From assembly GCF_036365525.1 (NCBI RefSeq), contig NC_090399.1:58126430-58190429 (forward strand): a stretch of 64,000 nucleotides of DNA, given 5' to 3'. This document shows positions 12,278 through 22,929 of the stretch, in pieces. The notes below the pieces were generated by a model. It searched no databases. It saw only the letters and a program-made list of their open reading frames with translations, and had not been told where the DNA came from. The DNA comes from Heterodontus francisci (Eukaryota). How positions within the stretch are numbered: position 1 is the first letter of the stretch; the number at the start of each line of letters is the position of its first letter. Made by a program: the position numbers and the translations under genes.

Positions 12278-12970
12278 CCGTGAACTCTCGCTCCCTCTCC
12301 CACTCTCTTTATGCTACGGCTCCAATCTCGTGTTTCCCACTCTCTGATTGAGCTCTCGTTCTCTCTCCCGGTCTCTTTCTGCTCCGGCTCCGCTCTCGCT
12401 GTTTCCCACTCGCTGAGTGAACTCTCACTCTCCCTCCCACTCTCTTTATGCTCCGGCTCCACTCTCGTGTTTCCCACTCGCTGAGTGAACTCTCACTCTC
12501 TCTCCCGGTCTCTTTATGCTCCGGCTCCACTCTATCTGTTTCCTGCTCTCTGAGTGAACTCTTGCTCTCTCTCCCGGTCTCTTACTGCTCCGGCTCCGCT
12601 CTCGCTATTTCCCACTCTTTGAGTGAACTCTCGCTCTCTCTCCCGGTCTCTTACTGCTCCGGCTCCGCTCTCGCTGTTTCCCACTCTCTGAGTGAACTCT
12701 CGTTCTCTCTCCCGGTCTCTTTATGCTCCGGCTCCACTCTCGTGTTTCCCACTCTCTGATTGAACTCTCACTCTCTCTCCCGGTCTCTTTATGCTCCGGC
12801 TCCACTCTATCTGTTTCCTGCTCTCTGTGTGAACTCTTGCTCTCTCTCCCGGTCTCTTACTGCTCCGGCTCCGCTCTCGCTGTTTCCCACTCTCTGAGTG
12901 AACTCTCGTTCTCTCTCCCGCTCTCTTTATTCTCCGGCTCCACTCTCGCTGTTTTCCGCTCTCTGAGCTC
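12278..12970. repeat. 68-69 bp tandem repeat, about 10 copies, possibly a CR1 5' UTR repeat
   Basis: Recurring gagtgaactctc...cccggtctct...gctccggctcc at 68-69 bp spacing, immediately upstream of a CR1 ORF1-like start (ATGGCAGGACAGCTC, near 13107). Confidence 0.85.
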
Positions 12971-12999
12971 TCTAGTTTCTTGCTTTTCTTTTCTGTTTT

Positions 13000-13870
13000 T
13001 TCAGCCTCCACAGTACAGGGGAAGAAGCTAATTGGCGAGTAACTGGTAAGTTATTCTATTTATTACACTTATTACGCTAGCGATAATTAGTTCGTAAATC
13101 TAAGGCATGGCAGGACAGCTCGGCCGAGTGGCAAATATATAGGCAAATTTCTGAGTGCAAAAACAATAGGGCAATAATAGTGGGAATTTCAACTACCTGA
13201 ATATCAACTGGGATAAAAACAATGTGAAGGGCACAGAGAGCACAAAATTCTTGAACTGATTCAAGAGAACTTTTGTAGCCAATACGTAACAAGCACGAGA
13301 GGGGGTGTAATTCTAGATTTAGTCTTCAGTAATCGCTGGGCAAGTGGATGAAGTACCAGTGGGTGACCATTTTGGAGATAGTGACCATAATACACTTAGT
13401 TTAAGCATAATCATGGAAAAGGACAAAGATAAAACAGGAGTAAAAAGTTCTAAATTGGGGTAAAGCAAATTTTACAAAACTGAGGTGATCTGGCGAAAGT
13501 GGACTGGATACAGCTACTTGAAGGAAAATCAATGGCAAACCAGTGCGAGGCATTCAAAAGCGAGATTCTACAGGCACAGTGTAGATGTGTCCCCACAAAG
13601 ATAAAGGGTGGCACGGCCAAATCTAGAGCCCCCTGATTATCTAGAAGCAGACAGAGTAAGATTAAGCAGAAAAAGAAAGCTTATAACAGCCACAAAAAAC
13701 TTAATACTTTAGAAAGCGTAGAGGAGTCTAGAAAGTGCAGGGGTGAAGTAAAAAAGGAAACTAGGAAAGAAAAGAGAGGACATGAAAAATTATTGGCAGG
13801 AAAACCAAGGAAAAAACAAAGATTTTTTTCAATATATTAAGAGCGAGAGGATAATGAAGGAAAGGGAAGC
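13000..13870 (+). mobile_element. CR1 LINE fragment (5' region and APE/tether), decayed
   Basis: VGISTT/GDFN-like region, FGDSDHNT, LNWGKANF and QCEAFKSEI motifs, homologous to 10300-10680. Confidence 0.75.
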
Positions 13871-14319
13871 GTTTCGAGGATTTCACAAGCATATGGACAA
13901 GGAAATGAGTCTGGAGTTGGAATAACTGTTGACATTAATAGTGATTGCTAGATGTCCTCATTATGATATCAACCTCCCCGTTAACATCAATTTAATGACC
14001 TTACTTACCCTGCACTTTCCAAACCTGGGCAAATATTTCTGAACAAAAGCAGTTTGGAAGCAGTTAAATGGATTGATTGTCACAGATGATTGTATCTCTG
14101 AGGGAGAGTCAGTTTAACAAGTTTATTTAACCTTCTCCTTCCTTAAACCTGAGCAAGAAGGTCACGTCAGTTACCGAACACTTCCCTGATAGAGATACAG
14201 ACACTGACTCATTCTGAATATAGATCCATGGACAATGACACCTCCTGGAAAATGGATAGTGCCAACAATCACTTAGTGTTTGATGTAAAATTTCCTGATA
14301 TTATAGGAGGGTAAGAGAA

Positions 14320-16141
14320 GCACGAGCTGGACGAAAAGCCAACAAAATCGGAACTCAGTGATGCCATTGATTCTCTAGCCAGTGGAAAAGCCCCTTGGGA
14401 AGGACGGCATTACACCTGAAATAATCAAGAGTGCCAAGCCTGCTATACTCTCAGCACTCAACGAACTGCTTTGCCTGTGCTGGGATGAGGGAGCAGTACC
14501 ACAGGACATGCGCAATACCAACATCATCACCCTCTATTAGAACAAGGGTGACCGCGGTGACTGCAACAACTACCGTGGAATCTCCCTGCTCAGCATAGTG
14601 GGGAAGGTCTTCGCTCGAGTTGCTTTAAACAGACTCCAGAAGCTGTCTGAGCGCATCTACCCTGAGGCACAGTGTGGCTTTCGAGCAGAGAGATCTACCA
14701 CTGACATGATGTTCTCCCTTCGCCAGCTGCAGGAGAAATGCCGTGAACAACAGGTGCCCCTCTACGTTGCTTTCATAGATCTCACCAAAGCCTTTGACCT
14801 CGTCAGCAGACGTGGTCTCTTCAGACTACTAGAAAAGATTGGATGTCCACCAAAGCTACTAAGTATCATCACCTCATTCCATGACAATATGAAAGGCACA
14901 ATTCAACATAGCAGCGCCTCATCAGACCCCTTTCCTATCCTGAGTGGCGTGAAACAGGGCTGTGTTTTCGCACTTACACTGTTTGGGATCTTCTTCTCCC
15001 TGCTGCTCTCACATGCATTCAAATCTTCAGAAGAAGGAATTTTCCTCCACACAAGATCAGATGGCAGGTTGTTCAACCTTGCCCGTCTAAGAGCGAAGAC
15101 CAAAGTACGGAAAGTCCTCATCAGGGAACTCCTCTTTGCTGACGATGCTGCATTAACATCCCACAATGAAGTGTGTCTGCAGAGTCTCATCGACAGGATT
15201 ACGGCTGCCTGCAACAAATTTGGCCTAAACATCAGCCTCAAGAAAATGAACATCATGGGACAGGATGTCAGAAATGCTCCATCCATCAATATCGATGACC
15301 ACGCTCTGGAAGTGGTTCAAGAGTTTACCTACCTAAGTTCAACTATCACCAGTAACCTGTCTCTCGATGCAGAAATCAACAAGCACATGGGAAAGGCTTC
15401 CACTGCTATGTCCAGACTGGCCAAGAGATTGTGGGAAAATGGCGCACTGACATGGAACACAAAAGTCCGAGTGTATGAAGCCTGTGTCCTCAGTACCTTG
15501 CTCTACGGCAGCGAGGCCTGGACAACGTATGTCAGTCAAAAGCGACGTCTCAATTCATTCCATCTTCGCTGCCTCCAGAGTATCCTTGGCATCAGGTGGC
15601 AGGACCGTATCTCCAACACAGAAGTCCTCGAGACGGCCAACATGCCCAGCATATACACCCTACTGAGCCAGCGGCGCTTGAGATGGCTTGGCCATGTGAG
15701 CCACATGGAAGATGGCAGGATCCCCAAAGACACATTGTACAGCGAGCTCGCCACTGGTATCAGACCCGCCGGCCGTCCATGTCTCCGCTTCAAAGACGTC
15801 TCAAAACGCGACATGAAGTATTGTGACATTGATTACAAGTTGTGGGAGTCAGTTACCCGTGATCGCCAGAGCTGGCAGACAGCCATAAAGGCGGGGCTAA
15901 AGAGTGGCGAGTCGAAGAGACTTAGCAATTGGCAGGAAAAAAGAAAAACGCAAGGGGAGAGCCAACTGTGTAACAGCCCCGACAACCAATTTTATCTGCA
16001 GCGCCTGTGGAAGAGTCTGTCACTCTAGAATTGGCCTTAAGAGCCACACCAGGCGTTGCTTCACAAACCACTGACCACCTCCAGGCACTTACCCATTGTC
16101 TCTCAAAACAAAGAGGCCAAATAAGAAAAAGAAGAAGAAGA
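14320..16141 (+). mobile_element. RTE-clade LINE, 5'-truncated, with a 476-aa open RT frame (14598-16028)
   Basis: NYRGISLLS upstream, then EAQCGFR, AFIDLTKAFDLV, GVKQGC, LLFADDAAL, LLYGSEAWT and RLRWLGHV, ending in an (AAG)n tail. Confidence 0.93.
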
Positions 16142-17079
16142 GGGACCTCGGTATGATTTTTGTGTGTTTGTGCTGGATGTAACTCGCTTTTAACCAACCA
16201 GGTTCTTTCTCTGTATTCTTAAGTCAAGATAGTGAGTTCATTAAGCACAGCAAGGATTTGCAAACAATTCTAAACCAATGGCAGTAGTTAAACAGCAGAG
16301 TGCCCTCAGTTTGGCTTCCCGAGCTGTTGTGGTGAAGTCTTCTCTCTTGAGGTGTTCTGTTGACTGCAGGATGGTCTCTTCTCAAATCTGTGTGTGCTGA
16401 TGTCTCTCAGCACCTTTCATTTATACCCGCACCCTGATCCTCCGACGGTTCCTTCATTCCATATTAGGTTACATTCCACCTGAACCCTTTCGATTGATCA
16501 GGTATGACCTCACCTTTCATACATTGTCTCTGAAGATAGCTTGATGGCCTAAGTCATTGTCACACAATGGGGAATGTTTGCTATCCCCATAAACATTCCA
16601 GTCATGAATAGTCTCCGAACACCTTTATTTACATTTCCATCATGAGGCCTACAAGTCTATCAATTATTCCGACCCTGAGCCTCTTAATTGAAATGCAGTA
16701 AGGTACTTATCAAAACATCCTGTCTCATCGCAAAGTCACTTAAACTATTGTTGTTACAGTTAAACCGTCTTCCACCATCTCTCCAATACAGCGTACAAAT
16801 ATACATTTCACATAACAACATGATTCCAAACACAAGGTCCAGAACTTAATTCTAATATAATACATTGATACATATACAAAGTATAACTATTCCTGAACAT
16901 AACCACAATATCATTTCAAATTATTCTACTTTAAAACATAGCACCTCATGTGAATTGTATCAGGCCACAACTCGCACAGATTCATCCAACAGATTAAACA
17001 CGGCAGTTAACCCCTTAGTTCCTACAGTGCCCACCGTGAGGGTAAAATACCAGATGGCATTGATCCCTCATACATTACC

Positions 17080-17880
17080 CTTAAGTGGGGCATATTCTTT
17101 CATGGTCTCCTGTCTAATTCTCATTTTCTTTATCATCCCCATGATTTGTCTTAACGCACACACCAAAATCAGAATTATCACCTATTGAACGATTACAAAG
17201 ACATGGGAAATAATCCTGATCCAAGGGGGTATTTCACTGTTTAACCCCATGTCACACCAGTAACTCTCATCCCCTATCTCAGGGATTTCCTTTTTAATTT
17301 CCTCATTTTATTGTTGCAGGACATAAAAGTGTTTGTTGGATGTATTGAGTCTTTGCAACAGCTCAGTCAGATGTTCAGGAAAAGGGGGAATGCCATAAAC
17401 AAATCTACTGACATATTGATATAACTGCTCCTTGAGGTCATCTTTAACAGTGATATTTATTTGCTGATGATTCCTTATACTGAATAGGACCTTGTTTACT
17501 ATCTGAGCCCTTAGAGAGGGACTAAAACAAAATTCTCCCTTCTTTATTTGACACATTAAACTGTCATATGTATACTCTGTGTGGGTAGTAACAACACAAT
17601 AACTTCCCTCACCTTGGTAGACAGAGTGATTGGGGAACTCCTCTCCACTCACTATTTCCATTGTACAGTTGAGGGGATCTTTGTTCCAGGTTAATCCACA
17701 TGCTGGAGCAGAGTTTTCTACAATATCGTATGGGCAAACAAAGACATCCTCTGACTGGAGACCCCCAGACAAGTCAGGGGCAACCCAGGTGGTTTCATTG
17801 ACCAGGGAAATATAAATAGGTGGATTTTTGTATCTAACAATGTGATTCCTCATTATTATCTGTTCCTTAACAACTGTTGC
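17080..17880 (-). pseudogene. Viral envelope/fusion glycoprotein C-terminal remnant
   Basis: ORF 17308-17853 is Cys-rich (FVCPYD, PACGL, NCTME, SYCVV, MCQI, FCFSP) and then helical. Reading through the stops gives NEEIKKEIPEIG...PPWIRIISHVFVIVQ*VIILILVCALR (TM-like) and a short basic tail. Confidence 0.7.
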
Positions 17881-18339
17881 AGTAATTCAAGATTCCCAAG
17901 ATCAATACTTTATTCTTTTGCTGAAGCTTGTTAATTCTAAATGATTGTCCTGTTCTCAGTACTTTTGTTTCAAGTAACAGATCAGGCATGGACTTGAATG
18001 ATTCTCCAGCTCTCTCTTTACCATATCCATCATGTGGATCATTCCTCGCCCTTCAACTGTCTCTCTGAACTTTCATCTTACTACTTCTGCCCATTTCCAG
18101 TGTGTTTAATTCTATTCTAATTGTTTTAAAGTCAGTTACTCTATGGAATATGTGACAATGCCTTGACAATTTAAAACATGTTTCACTCTATTGGCCACGT
18201 TAACCATTCCCTGTGGAGTAGGTGAACCTGTCTGAGACCTGTTCTTCAGTGCATTGCATTGTGCATTCTGCATGTTCGTTTACCCGTAACACATCACATT
18301 TGCACACTTACACCAGTGTCCCAATATCATGTCACACAT

Positions 18340-18675
18340 GGGTGGCACAGTGGCGCAGTGGTTAGCACCACAGCCCAGCCTCACAGCTCCAGCGACCCGG
18401 GTTCAGTTCTGGGTACTGCCTGTGCGGAGTTTGCAAGTTCTCCTTGTGTCTGTGTGGGTTTCCGCCGGGTGCTCCGGTTTCTTCCCACAGCCAAAGACTT
18501 GCAGGTTGATTAGTAAATTGCCCCTCGTGTAGGTAGGTGGTAGGAGAATGGTGGGGATGTGGTAGAGAATATAGGGTTAATGTAAGATTAGTATAAATGG
18601 GTGGTTGTTGGTCGGCACAGACTCGGTGTGCCCAAGGGCCTGTTTCAGTGCTGTATCTCTGAATAAATAAATAAA
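18340..18675 (+). mobile_element. HE1-like V-SINE inserted in the ERV internal region
   Basis: Collinear with 1182-1545, with an (AATA)n tail. Confidence 0.92.
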
Positions 18676-20035
18676 TTCCTGACTCTCTGGTGATCTTAAC
18701 ACAAGATGAAAAAGGGGAGGTGGTGGGAAGGTGTCTCGAGAGTCTTCTTCATCTCCCCCTGCATGGTCTGAATGCTTTGGGTAGTGGCCAGAATGTCAAT
18801 CAGTTCTCTTAAAAAACAACGTAGGCAAGGACACAAATCTCCAGGGGAAAGCTATCAATTTATAATTCTTAACTACACTTTCCTAACTCTTACTGGAAAA
18901 TTCTGGACTTCCTGGAAATTATGAACATTAGTTTGAATTCTGATTCTGCCATTTTTTGTCCCTAACATTCCTTTATTAGCTCTCGCACCAGCCAGATTTT
19001 TATTTCGAATTCTCATTAATTATAATTCTCTTTTATTTCTGAGCCCTGGAGAACCTCTACAGTCCATTACCCACCTGTCTTTAAAACAGGCATCAGACAG
19101 ACCCTTAATCACTATCTCACTGTCGTGGTAGCCCTCACCTACACAACACCTTACCCAGTAACAGTTTACCAGCAGGCATAAGTGTAGTTTATTTTTTGAA
19201 AATTAAAATTTTGTTTATCCCAATTTGTTTTATCAATTCCTATTTTAGAAATAATTATCCCCAGGCTTGGTGGTTTTAAATGGTGCTTTTATATCAGACA
19301 AAAGTGCTTGCATGTGTTTAGAGGCGACCTTCACATTTCTTGTTCATTCTATGATTTCTTGCTGTTCTTGCTATACCAGCATCACCTCTTTAACAAAAAC
19401 AGAGAATCCATTTGGTTCTGGTTAGGATCCCAATGGGTTATGATGTCGAATCATATTTGTTAATTTATCAACTTAAAATTTCATAATGCCCATATACTGC
19501 ATATAAATCTTCAATGAACTAAAGGTTGTGCAGTGAGCTAAGCTGCTGGCGGAGGGGGTTAACTCTCTGCTGCTTTGAACAAAAACTCGCAGATGGACCC
19601 TTGATGTTATCATCACCCTCCTTTCAAAAAAAAAGAAAATAACAAAGGCATTGCCATGTGCTTTGGCTAGTTTGAACTGGGTTTTTTTTCACAAAGTAAA
19701 TACCTGAATTTTTCCTATGAGACTGTTCTTTTATTTCAAACTCTTGTGATATCTTTTCTTTCCCCCTAAAACTTGCTCAGATTTCAGAACGTTATGCTCA
19801 CTTTATTTGCTCCAACATTCCAAGCCCTCTCTTTTTTTAAACCTAGAAACAAATGCATTTGATGATTAGACAAACCAATTCAACCTGTTTTCTTCTGAAC
19901 AAAGAAAGGCTTTTTAAACTTTTACTGAATTCCTTTTCCCAACTATTTCAGAGCAAGAACTCCAATGATTCCCAAAAAGAAACTTTTAACTTTTGTGAAA
20001 ATGTCTCTAACCCAAGAACAACTCGACATTCATTA

Positions 20036-20172
20036 TCTGATGAAAGGTCACTGACCTGAAACCATGAACTCTGCTTCTCTCTCCATAGATGCTGCCAGAC
20101 CTGCTGAGTATTTCCAGCACGTTCTGTTTTTATTTCAGATTTCCAGCATCCGCAGTATTTTGCTTTTATTTA
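20036..20172 (+). mobile_element. Penelope-like terminal repeat fragment with degenerate hammerhead core
   Basis: CTGATGA-A-AGGTC(ACT)GACCT-GAAAC, followed by gatgctgccagacctgctgagtatttccagca...tttcagatttccagcatc, a tail shared with 62270-62395. Confidence 0.75.
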
Positions 20173-21329
20173 TTATTAATCATAAACGCTTCAAACAACC
20201 CAAAATGCAATTTACACTGTCTAACATTAAAACCATCCCATTCTAACATGTGTGGATTTGTATCGGAATAAAATTCTCACGTTTTATCATCATAACTAGA
20301 ATGTCACTGTGAGCACCAATGAATTTCACAACTTAAAATGGTTTACTTTATTAATTCCCCATCCCTTTAGACTGCTTATAATTCTCATATTTAACACAAA
20401 GTGCCAAATCTATCGCAGATTGCGAGTTCTATGGATAATTAAAAAATAATTATTACAAATGCACACACACATGAAACAGACAATTTAAAACAAGTTGCAC
20501 TCCAGACCAGAAAGGGTTAAACAGCTTTCAGTTCACTGCAGTGAAGAGGACACACAAAAAACATTCAAACAAAAGAATCGCGCACAGACCCAAACTGAGA
20601 AAAGGTCTTTCATTCAGAAATTCGGAAGCTTCCTCTCACATACACTGCAGCCACTCTGGGTCTTTTCAACTTTAATAACTTAAACCTACTTATCAACTAA
20701 ACACAGAACAGAATAAACACATACTTTTCCTTTAAAAGGGAAAAGAAGAAAATAAATTACATCACTTGTCTTCTTTCTTCAGGTACCTTTTATAAATGCT
20801 GCAATAACTAAAGATTTAATTCCACAAACCAAAAGGAAGCATTCAACATTAATAGCCCAAAAAGAAAATCACCCAGCAAACCTTTTGCAGCCTGTTAAGC
20901 AGGGCTTTCAGTCACAGGGAGATTCTTAAAGGGACAGAACACGACAACTTCACATCTTCCGTTCTCCTTCATTTCAACAGAACTTATCCTTTTCTTGTTT
21001 AACCCAACATTGATACAAATGTATGCAGTACACACATTAAACAAGCAATAACTTGAAAACAGCATGCAAAACTGGACTAAAGAGGGTTAATTAATCTACA
21101 TTTCAGTGATACAGGACACTGAGCACACACACATACAGAATCACACAGACAGGAGTTACTCTTGGTTTAAATGTCTCGACACAGGAGCTGAGCTGGATAG
21201 CTGAGCAGTGACAGTTTCAACTTGAACTTCTTATCACGACCAATCCGGTCGCTCACACACCGTCCTAACCTTTACGATGGGCTATCATCATTTCTTTTCC
21301 TTTTATCCATTCTTCCTCATGGGCAATCT

Positions 21330-22200
21330 ATTTCAAGTTCCAAAATTCTCAATTCACACTAAGTCCCCATTTCAACAGTGCCTATCTCATGGACCCAGGC
21401 TTGGAAATCACTTGGGCTCAGGGGCTGGGATCGGGAGTTAGTTCCTGTCTGCTGTCCCGCTTGATTTAAAATCTTCAAAACCACATTAACAGGAAGATTA
21501 GGGGGAGGGGATCCCACAGGTCTTCACCCAAGTGGTCCTTGGAGATTTTCTCCCTGAATGAACCCCACTCTACCTCTGAGGAATCAGCATATTCTGGATC
21601 ATATAGGGGCTCTGTGTTGTGTTGTGTTTCTTTATAGGGTGACAGCAGACACATGTGCTCGCTGTTTCCCCAACTTACTCTCTAACTTCCTGATTTTAAG
21701 ATGGCACTGTCGGTGATCTGTCTCCCAGTGGGTCTGCTGAAGGGCTTCCCTCAGAGCACCACGTGAGTCTTCGAACTGCTGGCTGAGTTTTTTATTCTCG
21801 CTTAGTATTTTCAAGGGACTGCATAGCACTCTCTGCCTGTACAGCAGTCACACTCTGCTGCTGCATTACTGCTGATGTACTCACCAGCTGTTGCTGTAAT
21901 GTATCAATCTGACCCCTTTGGTCCTGGACTAATTTGTCCTTTTTCTGGACTAACTGGTCATCAGTCTGTGCGCGATATGATGCCACGTAAGAGATAAGCT
22001 TGAAGGCTCGATCTACATTCAACTTCCTTTCATTAACCTGTTCCTGAATAAACTTAACTATATCCTCATTCTGCAAGCAGGACCTGTAAGACCTTTATTT
22101 TAACATTCTTATCCAGCTTGGCTTGAAAAGACTTCAACACGGGTTTGTCGGTCATGCTTATACTTTTGAAAGACAACAGCTACTGGCAATCAATACAATG
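21330..22200 (-). pseudogene. gag-like remnant of the ERV
   Basis: Lies just downstream of the PBS. Contains Gln-rich coiled-coil ORFs (21792-22076, 21632-21829 with DHRQCHLKIRKLE), then QPLSPSDFQAWVHEIG near 21385-21430. Confidence 0.55.
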
Positions 22201-22929
22201 ATCTCTCCCTCCGATCGTTCCCTCCGATCTCATGCCAACACCTGCCCTCCACCACCACCCCCTCCCCCCGTCACGGGTTCCTCCTCCTCGATCAAACGCT
22301 GGTCAGGCAACTGACTAAGAGACTCGAACTCAACAATGACCAGGAGTCTGGTTTTAACTAGTCACCTTGTCCTTTCTGTGGGGTGCCAATTGTAAGATTT
22401 TAGTGTGTTTAAGTAGGATGTTGATGAGCCTTTGACCCACAAGGTACAGACTCTGGTTTCTTCATCAAGATAGAGATTTTATTAAGTACAATAATAATAT
22501 ACAAGCAATACTTAACCAACAGCAGTAGTTGTGCAGCAGGATATAGGGTGTCCTTGGTCCTTGCTTCCCGAGCTGCTGTGGCACCGTCTTCTTTCTTGAG
22601 GTGTTCTGTTGAGTGGAGGTTGGTCTATTCTTGAATAGGTGCATTCTGAGTTGTCCCAGAACCTCCCCTGATCTCTCTCTCCAATCTCACACTGACCTCC
22701 TTCCAGTCTCTCCCTCCGATTGCTCCCTCCAATCTCTCCTTCCAATTTCACCCCTATCCTCCCTCTGATCTCTCCCACCAATCTCACTCCAACCTCCCTC
22801 CAATCTCTCCCTCCAGTCTCCCCTAAACCTCCTTCGAATCTCTCCCTCCAGTCTCCCTCTAATCTCTCCCTTCGATCTGTCCCTGACCCCTTCCAAACTC
22901 TTCTTTGGATCACTCCCTGACCTGCCTCC

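Larger units (their letters stand above)
16150..22645 (-). mobile_element. Decayed endogenous retrovirus-like LTR element (LTR-PBS-gag...env-LTR; no pol seen)
   Basis: Diverged direct repeats at 16150-16390 and 22391-22645 share gcttcccgagctgytgtgg and tcttgaggtgttctgttga. On the - strand the LTR ends in ...TTACA, followed by PBS-like TGGCACCCCACAG (22376-22388). TATAAA near 16420 (-), AATAAA near 22478 (-), plus gag-like and env-like remnants. Confidence 0.75.

Noticed and set aside
14598-16028. Active or domesticated reverse transcriptase gene
   Set aside because: It is 5'-truncated with no endonuclease, has a stop just upstream (TAG near 14538) and no ATG start. It is best read as a young dead RTE copy.
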